NCBI GenBank assembly: GCA_016194445.1
Contig: JACQBP010000035.1
Location: 4,396-68,395 of the forward strand
DNA: 64,000 bases
DNA from: Candidatus Liptonbacteria bacterium
Lineage (GTDB): Bacteria > Patescibacteriota > Minisyncoccia > UBA6257 > 2-01-FULL-56-20
Direction: 5' to 3'
How positions within the stretch are numbered: the stretch's first letter is position 1; each line of letters starts with the position of its first letter. Positions 16,837-25,836 of the stretch are shown piece after piece. Under the pieces are notes generated by a model. That model ran no database searches. It had not been told where the DNA came from and saw only the letters and a program-made list of their open reading frames with translations. The position numbers were made by a program, and so were the translations under genes.

Positions 16837-18552
16837 ATGCGATTACCAGTGCCGGCGGATCAACTTAAAAAAAAACTAGTTCAGGAGGGCTTGATTACGG
16901 CCGAGCGATTTGATGAAATTGCGGTGGATGCCGGGAGGAAGAACCAAGATTTTTTGGACTTAATTATTTCGCAAGGCGTGGCCGAGCAGGGTTACTTGAA
17001 CAATACGCTGGCGGCGCTTTTGGGAGTGCCGCTCGCGAATTTGGAAGAGCGAAAAGTTGATCCAGAGGTGGTGAAGGTACTTTCGGAGGATATTGCCCGA
17101 CAAAGAGAAGTGATTATTTTTGATCGGGAACCGGACGGCAGTTATGACGCGGCGATGGCTGATCCCAACAATCTCGAGACCATTAAGTTTTTATTCCAAC
17201 ATCTTCAGGCGAAAGTTAATCCTTTTTTTGCGAGTAACAGCGATTTGAATCGCGGGTTTGCCATTTACGGTTCTCAAAGCGCTAAAGATTTCAAGAAGTT
17301 AATCGAGGAAAATATTCAGCAGTCCTTAGCGGGCCAGGCGAAGACGATTGAAGAGGCGGCCTCGCTACTACCCATTGTTTCGATTGTGGAAAATCTTTTG
17401 TCTTACGCCATGGCTTCCAGGTCGTCGGATATTCACCTTGAAGTTTTGGAGGACGTGACTTTGGTGCGCTATCGCGTGGACGGCATTCTTTTTGAAATTA
17501 TGAGGATGCCGAAGGCGATTCATCCGGCACTCGTGGCTAGGATCAAGATTTTGTCCGGGTTAAAGATCGATGAGCATTTTCGGCCTCAAGACGGACGCTT
17601 TCATTATCAAATTGCCACTCAAATGATCGACGTAAGAGTTTCAATTTTGCCGACTTTCTATGGAGAGAAAATTGTGATGAGACTGCTTGAGGCGGCGCAG
17701 AAACCTTTGTCGCTTGAGGAATTGGGCATGCTACCGGAGACGGCCAAAGTGATTACGGAAAATTTGAAGAAAGCTTACGGAATGGTTTTGTCGGTGGGGC
17801 CAACGGGTTCAGGGAAAACCACGACCCTCTACGCCTTAATGGATATCTTGAATCGGCCAAACGTGAATATTGTTACCGTTGAGGATCCAATTGAATACAA
17901 CATGCGGTATGTGAATCAGACTCAAATCAACGTCCAAGCGGGGATTACTTTTGCCAATGGTCTGCGAGCCATCCTGCGACAAGATCCGAATATCATTATG
18001 GTCGGTGAGATTCGGGACGCAGAGACAGCGGGGATTGCGGTGCAGGCGGCCTTAACCGGACACTTGCTTTTGTCATCGCTTCACACCAATGACGCGCCGA
18101 CGGTGGTGCCCAGACTTTTTGATTTGGAAGTGCCGCCATTTTTGGTGGTTTCGGTTTTAAACGTGATTGTCGCCCAAAGGTTGGTCCGAAGAATTTGCCA
18201 TTCATGCATCTACTCTTATGAAGTTGGTCAGGAGGTGATGGGGATTATTCGCAGCCAGCTCGAGGAACTAAGTCTCGATCCGGCTAAAGTTAAGTTGCCC
18301 AAAAACTTTTTTAAAGGAAAAGGATGTCCGAGTTGCGGGATGACCGGCTACCGAGGGCGTTTAGGTATTTTTGAAGCGTTAGAGATTAACGAGCAGATAA
18401 AGAGAATCATCATCGGTCCGGATTTCACTTTAGAGAAGTTAAGGTTGGCAGCCCGAGAGCACGGTATGACAACCATGTTTGAAGATGGCTTGAAGAAAGT
18501 GGAACTGGCCATGACGACTTTGGATGAAGTGCTGCGGGTGATTAGGGAGTAA
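16837..18552 (+). CDS. pilB: PilB/GspE type IV pilus assembly ATPase
   Basis: SDIHLE, PQDGRF, GPTGSGKTTTLY, TVEDPIEY, LRQDPNIIMVGEIRD, four-Cys motif, GYRGR. Confidence 0.93.
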   Translation: MRLPVPADQLKKKLVQEGLITAERFDEIAVDAGRKNQDFLDLIISQGVAEQGYLNNTLAALLGVPLANLEERKVDPEVVKVLSEDIARQREVIIFDREPDGSYDAAMADPNNLETIKFLFQHLQAKVNPFFASNSDLNRGFAIYGSQSAKDFKKLIEENIQQSLAGQAKTIEEAASLLPIVSIVENLLSYAMASRSSDIHLEVLEDVTLVRYRVDGILFEIMRMPKAIHPALVARIKILSGLKIDEHFRPQDGRFHYQIATQMIDVRVSILPTFYGEKIVMRLLEAAQKPLSLEELGMLPETAKVITENLKKAYGMVLSVGPTGSGKTTTLYALMDILNRPNVNIVTVEDPIEYNMRYVNQTQINVQAGITFANGLRAILRQDPNIIMVGEIRDAETAGIAVQAALTGHLLLSSLHTNDAPTVVPRLFDLEVPPFLVVSVLNVIVAQRLVRRICHSCIYSYEVGQEVMGIIRSQLEELSLDPAKVKLPKNFFKGKGCPSCGMTGYRGRLGIFEALEINEQIKRIIIGPDFTLEKLRLAAREHGMTTMFEDGLKKVELAMTTLDEVLRVIRE

Positions 18553-18557
18553 GTTTT

Positions 18558-18699
18558 AAGCAAACTCTACTTTCCTCAACCCGCTTCATTCCTCCAGCGA
18601 AGGACTCGCTTGTCCTCGCCGGCTTGCCGCTCGTAAAAACAGAAAACGAGCGGACCGTGCCAAGCCGGCTCCGGGGGTTTCGGAAAGTAAAGTTTGCTT
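18558..18699. repeat. Multi-branched palindromic element between pilB and pilC
   Basis: Terminal IR AAGCAAACT(C/T)TACTTTCC with nested stems GCCGGCTTG/CAAGCCGGC and CCGCTCGT/ACGAGCGG. Confidence 0.75.
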
Positions 18700-18746
18700 G
18701 GTTTGGGTGGTTAATATATGAAAAGTTGTTTATAATTATAGTAACA

Positions 18747-19958
18747 ATGCTTTTTCATTACCTTGCGGCGGATAAAAATGGGAAGATCACGGAGGGGGAT
18801 TTAGAAGTGGATAATTTCAACCAAGCTCTTCAGTACCTAGCCGGGAAGGAACTCCGGCCGATTTCGGTGAAGCCCATTAAAGAAGCCGGGGCGGGAGCGG
18901 CGCATCATCGGATTTTTGGCAACATCAATTTAACTGATAAAATTTTTTTGACCAGGTACCTGGCTCTCATGCTTCGAGTCGGGACGGATCTTTTATCGGC
19001 GATCGATATTTTGATCGCTGATTTTGATAAGCCGGCCATGAAAAGTTTTCTCTTGGAAGTGCGGGATAATCTAGGTCGAGGCCAGCCTTTCAACCAAACT
19101 TTTGCCCGCTACCCTAAAATTTTTTCACCGGTGTTTATCAGTCTCGTCAAAGCGGCGGAAGCTTCGGGTAATCTTCAGAAAACTTTTGAAGATGCGAGCG
19201 TGTCTTTGGAGAGGGAGGCGGCGCTCAAAAACAGCATTAAGTCGGCGATGATTTATCCGATTATACTTTTGGTCACATCGGTTATGATCTTTGTTTTTTT
19301 GGTAGCTTTTGCTTTGCCCAAAATCGCGAATATTTTTAATGAAAGCGGTATCCACCCGCCGCTTTTTTCGAAAGTAGTTTTTACAATCGGACTTTTTGTG
19401 CACGATCACGCTCTGGCTTTTGGAGGAGGAGCGGTGTTCGTGGTTGGTTTTGGAATTTATTTTTTCTTTAAAAATTCAGTCGGACACCGCTTGGCGCAAA
19501 GATTGTTTGCCCGTTTGCCGATCGTGCGGAAGGTTTATAAAGAACTGGCGGTCCAGCGATTTGCCGCGACCACCAGTTCGCTCATGAAAGCGGGTTTGCC
19601 GATTGTGCAGACTATTAATATCGCGGCTGATACAGTGAACGTGGAAGAGTTTAAGTTTAGTTTAAGGCGGATTAGCGAAGAGGGACTGGCCAAGGGGCTC
19701 ACGGTGAGCGAGGCTTTTAAGCGGGAGGTGGTTTTCCCGAAGCTAGTGACGAATTTGATAGCGGTTTCGGAGAAGGCGGGGCATTTAGAAGAAGTGCTCG
19801 AAACACTCGCGAACTTTTACGCCTCGCGGGTCGAGTCGGCGATCAAGTCGCTAGTTTCGATTTTGGAACCAGTGATGCTCCTCGCGATGGGAGTTTTGGT
19901 CGGGACAGTGGCCCTCTCGATTATCGTGCCGATTTATCAGCTCACTTCGCAGTTTTAG
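18747..19958 (+). CDS. pilC: PilC/GspF inner-membrane platform protein
   Basis: MLFHYLAAD start, AAEASGNL, SAMIYP, LMKAGLPI, SEKAGHL, LEPVM. Confidence 0.93.
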   Translation: MLFHYLAADKNGKITEGDLEVDNFNQALQYLAGKELRPISVKPIKEAGAGAAHHRIFGNINLTDKIFLTRYLALMLRVGTDLLSAIDILIADFDKPAMKSFLLEVRDNLGRGQPFNQTFARYPKIFSPVFISLVKAAEASGNLQKTFEDASVSLEREAALKNSIKSAMIYPIILLVTSVMIFVFLVAFALPKIANIFNESGIHPPLFSKVVFTIGLFVHDHALAFGGGAVFVVGFGIYFFFKNSVGHRLAQRLFARLPIVRKVYKELAVQRFAATTSSLMKAGLPIVQTINIAADTVNVEEFKFSLRRISEEGLAKGLTVSEAFKREVVFPKLVTNLIAVSEKAGHLEEVLETLANFYASRVESAIKSLVSILEPVMLLAMGVLVGTVALSIIVPIYQLTSQF

Positions 19959-20021
19959 GTGAGGTTAGGATTTTGGGGATTGGTGAGAGAGCGGGGCAGC
20001 GGTTATAATTAAAGAAAGGCA

Positions 20022-20639
20022 ATGCGGCACCTTTTTCGAGCGAGGAAAAAAAGGAGAGGTTTTACTTTGGTGGAGCTGCTCATCGTAGTGGCTTTAATGA
20101 CGATTATGACGGTGATTGTCGTGCCGAATCTGCTCTCTCGGAATATCCGCAAAGAATTTGACAGCACTGTGGACGACATCGTCGCGACTTTGAATCAAGC
20201 GAGGGATAACGCCATTACTTGGCAGAAGGGGACGGTCTGGGGGGTGTTTTTTGAGAGATACAATGTGAATAAAACCTGCGCATTTCATCAGCCACGGTTT
20301 GGTCTTTACTATACAAATGCCGGTTTTAATATTCAGGGTAATGGCGCTTTTAATGACTCAAGTAAGGTAACGCAAATTTACTATATACCCAAGTCGGTGG
20401 CTTTTAATGAGACATCGACATTTTCTGATTACGATGCAACTAAGTGTACTAACCAGAATTGTTTTTGCTTTGCGGTGATGCCGTTTAAAGAAATTACAGG
20501 CAGTTGGTGGAATCAACCCGCTGTGCCGCCAGCAACAACCACGGTTACACTTTATCTTCCAAAAAGCCCACAAGTTTCATCAACCATCACCATTTCGCCA
20601 AATGGGTTTATCAGTTACACCACTTCTTCGGCGCAATAA
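20022..20639 (+). CDS. Minor pilin (FimT/GspH-like)
   Basis: RG|FTLVELLIVV signal; LNQARDNAI. Confidence 0.85.
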   Translation: MRHLFRARKKRRGFTLVELLIVVALMTIMTVIVVPNLLSRNIRKEFDSTVDDIVATLNQARDNAITWQKGTVWGVFFERYNVNKTCAFHQPRFGLYYTNAGFNIQGNGAFNDSSKVTQIYYIPKSVAFNETSTFSDYDATKCTNQNCFCFAVMPFKEITGSWWNQPAVPPATTTVTLYLPKSPQVSSTITISPNGFISYTTSSAQ

Positions 20640-20701
20640 CGACTAATGACTTATAACTTACGACTAATAACTTATGACCAATAACTTATTAAGAAAAGGG
20701 C

Positions 20702-20731
20702 AGTCCCGGTGCTACCAAGTGGGACTTTTTT
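20702..20731 (+). terminator. Rho-independent terminator
   Basis: AGTCCC...GGGACT followed by a T tract. Confidence 0.6.
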
Positions 20732-20770
20732 GCTTTTTGGAATTTGCTTACTAGAAATTGAAAATCTGTA

Positions 20771-21457
20771 ATGTTTAACTTAGAAACCATGTTGAATAAG
20801 AACCACTATCCCACTTGTAGCACCGGGCAGTCACTCATGGAACTGATTTTGGCGATGGCGATTGGAGTGGTTTTAGTAGGGGCGGCGATTGTGATTATCG
20901 CGCCAGCCTTAAAGATCGATACGACGACTAATCAAGTGAAAGTGGGGTCGGCTTTAGGGAGGGAACTGGTGGAAGATTTGCGGGTTTTTGCCGAGAGCGA
21001 TTGGCACAATATTGATACCTTAGCCACTGGCACCGCTAACCCTTATTATTTAGCGACCACAACGACGGGGGCGTTTTTTTCTACTCCTGGGGTACAGAGC
21101 GTAAGAGTGGGCACGACGACCTTTACCCGTTACTTTTATTTGACGGATGTTTGCCGGGAAGTGGGCGTTAGTACTGATTACGTGACGAGTACATTGCTCT
21201 GCGTGTTTCCACTTAAAGCTGATCCGGGGACGAAGGAGGCGACGGTGGTTTTTCAATGGCCGCAGAGCGCGACCAACACTTTTTCGACTTATTTTACCCG
21301 GTTTAAAAATAGAAATTACAGCCAGACGGACTGGTCACAGGGGCCCAATCAATACACGCCCGGTTCGAGTTCGTTCCAAGGATTTGGAACGTCTTCAAAT
21401 TTGGATTACTCGAGCACCACCGGTTCTTTTAGAATAATATTAGAAGCCAATCCATAA
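20771..21457 (+). CDS. Minor pilin (PilV-like)
   Basis: G|QSLMELILAMAI prepilin-like motif with E+5. Confidence 0.8.
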   Translation: MFNLETMLNKNHYPTCSTGQSLMELILAMAIGVVLVGAAIVIIAPALKIDTTTNQVKVGSALGRELVEDLRVFAESDWHNIDTLATGTANPYYLATTTTGAFFSTPGVQSVRVGTTTFTRYFYLTDVCREVGVSTDYVTSTLLCVFPLKADPGTKEATVVFQWPQSATNTFSTYFTRFKNRNYSQTDWSQGPNQYTPGSSSFQGFGTSSNLDYSSTTGSFRIILEANP

Positions 21458-21458
21458 A

Positions 21459-22484
21459 ATGAGGAAAATTTTCAAACGAAATCAGATTTTTTTGGCGGTC
21501 GGTTTAGGTTTGGCTGCTTTTTCGATCCTTTTAGTTCGAGAGATTAGAGAGGCGCCGCGAGTTCGGGCGAGTAACATCACTAACATCTGTCCGGGAGACA
21601 GCAGTTGCTTGGGTTCGACTGATCACTGGGCGTGGAACGATATAGTGGGGTGGATAGATTTTTATAACCCACCCGGTGACCCCGGGGTGTTGGTTCAATC
21701 GAAAAGAGTGGTTGGTTGGGCCAGTTCGTCGGTGGGAGATCTTTCTTTGAACTGTGAAAATACAGGAAACTCATCTGGCAACGATTTTTGCAGTCAGAGT
21801 AACTACAAAGTTTATAATAATGGAGCGGGCTATCTTTCCGGCTGGGCTTGGAATGATGTGGTGGGCTGGATTAGTTTTTGCGGAGATCCGAATTCAATCT
21901 CAACCGATAAGTGTCCACAAGTTGCTCAAAAATATCAGGTGGTTCTCCTACCTTCTGGGACCGATGCTAACGGCAACGATTTGCCACCCAGTACTTTTAA
22001 CGGGTGGGCGTGGAATGACGCCGTGGGTTGGATTAGTTTTAACTGCCTTGATCCTGGGTTTTGCGGCACCTCTGATTACAAGGTGAAAACTGGCTGGTAC
22101 GCCACTTCAACTTACGGGGACGTTTATTCTTCGATTTTTGATACCGGAGTGACCGGAGGCGCGCAGTTTAATTCGATCACCGTGATTGGCGATATACCAT
22201 CCGGAACTAATTTTTTATTTCAATTAGCGACTACCTGCACGAATAGCGGGAGTAGTCCGCCGAGTTGCTCAAGTAATGATTGGAAATTTATAGGACCTGA
22301 CGGGACCACTAACACTTTTTATCAAGGGTCGGGTGTGGGGAGTTGCTCAACTTGCTACGTTAAGTTGGATTATCAGGTCCACAATAACGCCCGATACTTT
22401 CGCTACCGAGTGAGACTAAAGTCGGATAAAACGCAAAACATTACCCCGAGAGTGGACGATGTGATTGTGAATTGGAGTCCGTAG
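21459..22484 (+). CDS. Secreted/anchored protein with GWAWNDxxGWISF repeats (pilus-associated)
   Basis: Three WAWNDxVGWI(D/S)F repeats plus one degenerate copy, Cys pairs, C-terminal RYFRYRVRL...TPRVDDV. Confidence 0.8.
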   Translation: MRKIFKRNQIFLAVGLGLAAFSILLVREIREAPRVRASNITNICPGDSSCLGSTDHWAWNDIVGWIDFYNPPGDPGVLVQSKRVVGWASSSVGDLSLNCENTGNSSGNDFCSQSNYKVYNNGAGYLSGWAWNDVVGWISFCGDPNSISTDKCPQVAQKYQVVLLPSGTDANGNDLPPSTFNGWAWNDAVGWISFNCLDPGFCGTSDYKVKTGWYATSTYGDVYSSIFDTGVTGGAQFNSITVIGDIPSGTNFLFQLATTCTNSGSSPPSCSSNDWKFIGPDGTTNTFYQGSGVGSCSTCYVKLDYQVHNNARYFRYRVRLKSDKTQNITPRVDDVIVNWSP

Positions 22485-22548
22485 AATTAGGTGATAGGTT
22501 GTAGGTTATAGGGTATAATTATGAAAGGAGAAAGTTACTTTCTAAATA

Positions 22549-23124
22549 ATGCTTTTTCTACAACCTACAACCTACAACCTACAACATGTGCGAGGACAAG
22601 CGGCGTTGGCGCTCATTTTCCTGATCGGGGGGACGGTGGTGCTACTTGCGGCCACGCTGGCTTTTCTGATTTTTAACTTTATTAATTCCACCTACGGTTA
22701 TCAAGCCGTTAACAGGGCGCTCGGGGTAGCGATGGCGGGGGCGAATGACGCGTTAATTAAGCTAGTGAGAAATAGAGATTATAATAGTGGTGATATGAAC
22801 TCCAGCAATAAGTATTGGCTTGGTAATGGTGGTGCTCTTCTCGGTAGTTGTAGGTATTACCTTAGTGTTGAGAAAGACCGAGCTGAAATAGAGATACTTC
22901 GGCAAGACACTAATAATTATTGTACTCCCAGCAACGGCATTGTAGTAGCCAATATTCCAACTAATGAAGCATTTGTAAATGTTGAGGCGGCTGTTTCGGG
23001 GAGGAGAAGGAGGATAGAGATGGTAATTTCGATTAATCAAACAACGGGCGAGGTGAAGGTGGTTTACTTGAGGCAATTTTTGAGCGGTCAAGGAGGAGGC
23101 GTTTGTTATCCGTCCTGTAACTAA
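22549..23124 (+). CDS. Minor pilin (PilX-like)
   Basis: RG|QAALALIFLIGG without E+5; A.AG..DA motif. Confidence 0.7.
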   Translation: MLFLQPTTYNLQHVRGQAALALIFLIGGTVVLLAATLAFLIFNFINSTYGYQAVNRALGVAMAGANDALIKLVRNRDYNSGDMNSSNKYWLGNGGALLGSCRYYLSVEKDRAEIEILRQDTNNYCTPSNGIVVANIPTNEAFVNVEAAVSGRRRRIEMVISINQTTGEVKVVYLRQFLSGQGGGVCYPSCN

Positions 23125-23125
23125 A

Positions 23126-24643
23126 ATGTGGCTTAATAACTATTTAAACAAATTACTGGTTTTACTGCGAGCCCAGCCGCAGGTGGGAGGTTTGGAGATT
23201 GCTGACTCGGCTTTGCGTTTTGCCCGCTTTATCGGTCGGGAGTGGCAAATGGTGAGTTTAAGGTTGCCGCCGGGAGTTGTAAAGGCCGGCCAGGTGGCGG
23301 ATTACGGGCAACTAGTTTTAACCTTGAAGCAACTCAAAGGTCAATTACCTCACGCCGGGAGCGATCGTCAAAATATATCAGCGGTGGTTTGTTTGGGGTC
23401 CTTAAATGTTTACACGCAAGTGATGAGTTTGCCGGACATCGAAGAGAGTCGGTTGGATGAGGCAGTGCGGTTGAATATCCAGATGGTTTCGCCGGCGAAC
23501 GCGGCGGAGATTTATTCTGGCTGGCAAATAGTTGGTAAAAATGAAAGCGAAAGGAAGCTCGATATCCTAAGCGCTTTCGTGAATCGTTCGGTGGTAGATG
23601 AGATAAGCAAAGCGCTCAAAGAAGCCGGTTTTTTAGGAGTGGTTTTTGAGTCCCGGGCGATGGCGATAGCAAGATTGGTGAGAGAGAAAGCTGTGGGAAT
23701 CAACCAAGCTCGATCGCATTTGATTTTTATTTTGGACAACGACGTGTTTGATATTTTAGTGACGAGAGGCGGAGAACTTTATTTTGAATACTTGAATTAC
23801 TGGAAAGATTTAAGGGGGGAGAATAAATTAATTTCCCTTTTGGATTTTCGAAATATGGTGGTGAGTAACTTACGAAAAGTTTTTAACTTTTACAGTCAGC
23901 ATTGGTCGCAAGATATTGAAAATGTTATCCTCGTCGCCACGGGCTTAAACGATGAGATCAAAAAAATCGTTAAAGAAAACTTTTCTCTGGAAGCTAGGGA
24001 GTTGGAGATCAGTTTAGATCGGCCGGTGACTTCAGAGTGGTATAACGTTTTAGGCAGTGGGCTGCGAGGGATAAAAAGCCGAAAAGACGATCGGGAAATC
24101 AGTCTTTTCGTTACCAGCGCTCGAGACGAATTTAGAGAAGAGCAGGTGGTCAGTTTCATGAAATTTTGGCGACTATTGATTCCGGTGGCCTTAGGGTGGC
24201 TTTTGATTTTTTTCTTGGCGACTAATTTTATATTGATGAGGAAGGTCGGCACGCTTAAGTCTTCCGGCTTGATGTTTGATAGCGTAAAGTCGAAAGAGGT
24301 GGAAAATTTACAGAACGAAGCCAAGTTGTTTAATCGTTATCTGGGTTTAATCAGCGCTCGGCGGAGTTTGAATGGATCAAAAACATTGGCGCTTGAGAGA
24401 ATCAGCAAACTCATGAGTGATAATAACATTACCCCTGATCGGTTTAGTTTCCGGGATTTTAATTCCAGAATAGTGTTGCTCGGAGAAGCAAAAACGAACG
24501 CTCAAATCTTAGACTTTGAGAAAGCGCTCCAGACGGATCCTCAGATATCCCAGGTTGATTTGTCACTCACCGAGATCAAGCCCAGTCCTCAAGGTTTTTC
24601 TTTTTCGATTAGCTTCGCAATCATCCCTGGAAAAAGTGAGTAG
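23126..24643 (+). CDS. PilM-PilN fusion-like protein
   Basis: N-terminal actin-like PilM (GGLEIADSALR, LPPGVVKAG, VILVATG), then TM helix, coiled coil and PilN-like C-terminus (GEAKT..ILDFEKAL). Confidence 0.75.
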   Translation: MWLNNYLNKLLVLLRAQPQVGGLEIADSALRFARFIGREWQMVSLRLPPGVVKAGQVADYGQLVLTLKQLKGQLPHAGSDRQNISAVVCLGSLNVYTQVMSLPDIEESRLDEAVRLNIQMVSPANAAEIYSGWQIVGKNESERKLDILSAFVNRSVVDEISKALKEAGFLGVVFESRAMAIARLVREKAVGINQARSHLIFILDNDVFDILVTRGGELYFEYLNYWKDLRGENKLISLLDFRNMVVSNLRKVFNFYSQHWSQDIENVILVATGLNDEIKKIVKENFSLEARELEISLDRPVTSEWYNVLGSGLRGIKSRKDDREISLFVTSARDEFREEQVVSFMKFWRLLIPVALGWLLIFFLATNFILMRKVGTLKSSGLMFDSVKSKEVENLQNEAKLFNRYLGLISARRSLNGSKTLALERISKLMSDNNITPDRFSFRDFNSRIVLLGEAKTNAQILDFEKALQTDPQISQVDLSLTEIKPSPQGFSFSISFAIIPGKSE

Positions 24644-25149
24644 ATCCGTTTTTTGTCATCGGCTTTGATTTTACTCAGAACGAATTTTCCAGCCTTGATT
24701 CTAGATAGAGAGGAGGCGGATAGACTTAAGGTTGACTTCGGTTCAGGCGGACGGATGCCAATCCGGAGCCGCCAAACCTCTTTGGTTTTTAAGGAGTCAA
24801 AAATTGACTGAACGCCTTTATGGCCAGCCGCTCCTCGGTGGTGAGAAAGTTTAGATGATCCGATCGCAAGATCACTGTCATCATGAATAACTAAGACTTC
24901 TGGTAAAGAAACTTTAAAAATTTTTAGGGTTTCTTTCACGGCGGGGCCGGATTGGTTCATAAAGGTCGCAGTTTTCACAAAAATAAGGTTGCTCGCTTTG
25001 GAGTAAGTGGACTTTTTTGAAGGCAGAGTTTTAAATCTGGCACTTTTTAGTTCTTTCGACAAGTAGTCGACAGCGGCGTGGCCGACATTGTGGTAAGTAT
25101 CTTGGTATTCTTCGCCCGGATTGCCGAGGCCGATAATTAACTTGAACAT
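24589..25149 (-). CDS. pth: Peptidyl-tRNA hydrolase
   Basis: IIGLGNPG, TYHNVG, TFMNQSG, HDDSDL, AGHKGV, RLRIGI. Confidence 0.95.
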   Translation of the reverse strand: MFKLIIGLGNPGEEYQDTYHNVGHAAVDYLSKELKSARFKTLPSKKSTYSKASNLIFVKTATFMNQSGPAVKETLKIFKVSLPEVLVIHDDSDLAIGSSKLSHHRGAAGHKGVQSIFDSLKTKEVWRLRIGIRPPEPKSTLSLSASSLSRIKAGKFVLSKIKADDKKRIYSLFPGMIAKLIEKEKP

Positions 25150-25267
25150 GTCATAGTGAGGTTCCCCTTGATCGGGATTGATTTTTATTATAGAATAACG
25201 CCAATAGATTAAATTGTAAAAGTTGGCCTGGGGAGGCCAGTTTTTAAACCTTCGATTAGATTGAATA

Positions 25268-25825
25268 ATGAGGAAATTTTTCTCTTCTTTTTTAGAAGTT
25301 TTAGAGGTAGCACTCGTAGCGGTGGTGTCAGTTTTTTTGATTAGAACCTTCTTGGTGCAGCCTTTTTTGGTGAGTGGAGAGAGTATGGCGCCGAATTTTT
25401 CTAATGGTGACTACCTACTAGTGGATGAACTCACGTATCGATTGAGACCGCCAGAGAGGGGAGAGGTGATAGTTTTTCGTTACCCCAACGACGAGTCCAC
25501 TTATTTTATTAAACGGCTGGTGGGTCTGCCGGGAGAGACGGTTCAGGTTAAAGATGGAAAGGTGACTATTTTTAATAAGCTCAATCCGGATGGGCTTTCG
25601 CTTCAAGAGGCGTATTTGCCGCCAGGAACCAAAACGAATAGCCAGGGCGAGTTGACGAAACTGGGGAGCAAGGAGTATTTTGTTTTAGGCGATAATCGGT
25701 CGGCTAGTTTTGACTCTAGGAGCTGGGGGGTTTTGAAGGAAAAAGAATTAGTGGGACTAGCAAGGTTTCGACTGTGGCCAGTAAATGATTTTCGAGCTTT
25801 CGCGGCGCCAAATTATTCAAAGTAA
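25268..25825 (+). CDS. lepB: Signal peptidase I
   Basis: SGESMAP, FIKRLVGLPG, GDNRSASFDSR. Confidence 0.95.
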   Translation: MRKFFSSFLEVLEVALVAVVSVFLIRTFLVQPFLVSGESMAPNFSNGDYLLVDELTYRLRPPERGEVIVFRYPNDESTYFIKRLVGLPGETVQVKDGKVTIFNKLNPDGLSLQEAYLPPGTKTNSQGELTKLGSKEYFVLGDNRSASFDSRSWGVLKEKELVGLARFRLWPVNDFRAFAAPNYSK

Positions 25826-25836
25826 ATTTTTTAAAA

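Noticed and set aside
18624-18746. N-terminal extension of PilC in the ORF track
   Set aside because: Runs through a palindromic element. The ATG at 18747 (MLFHY) fits PilC homologues and follows TATAAT.
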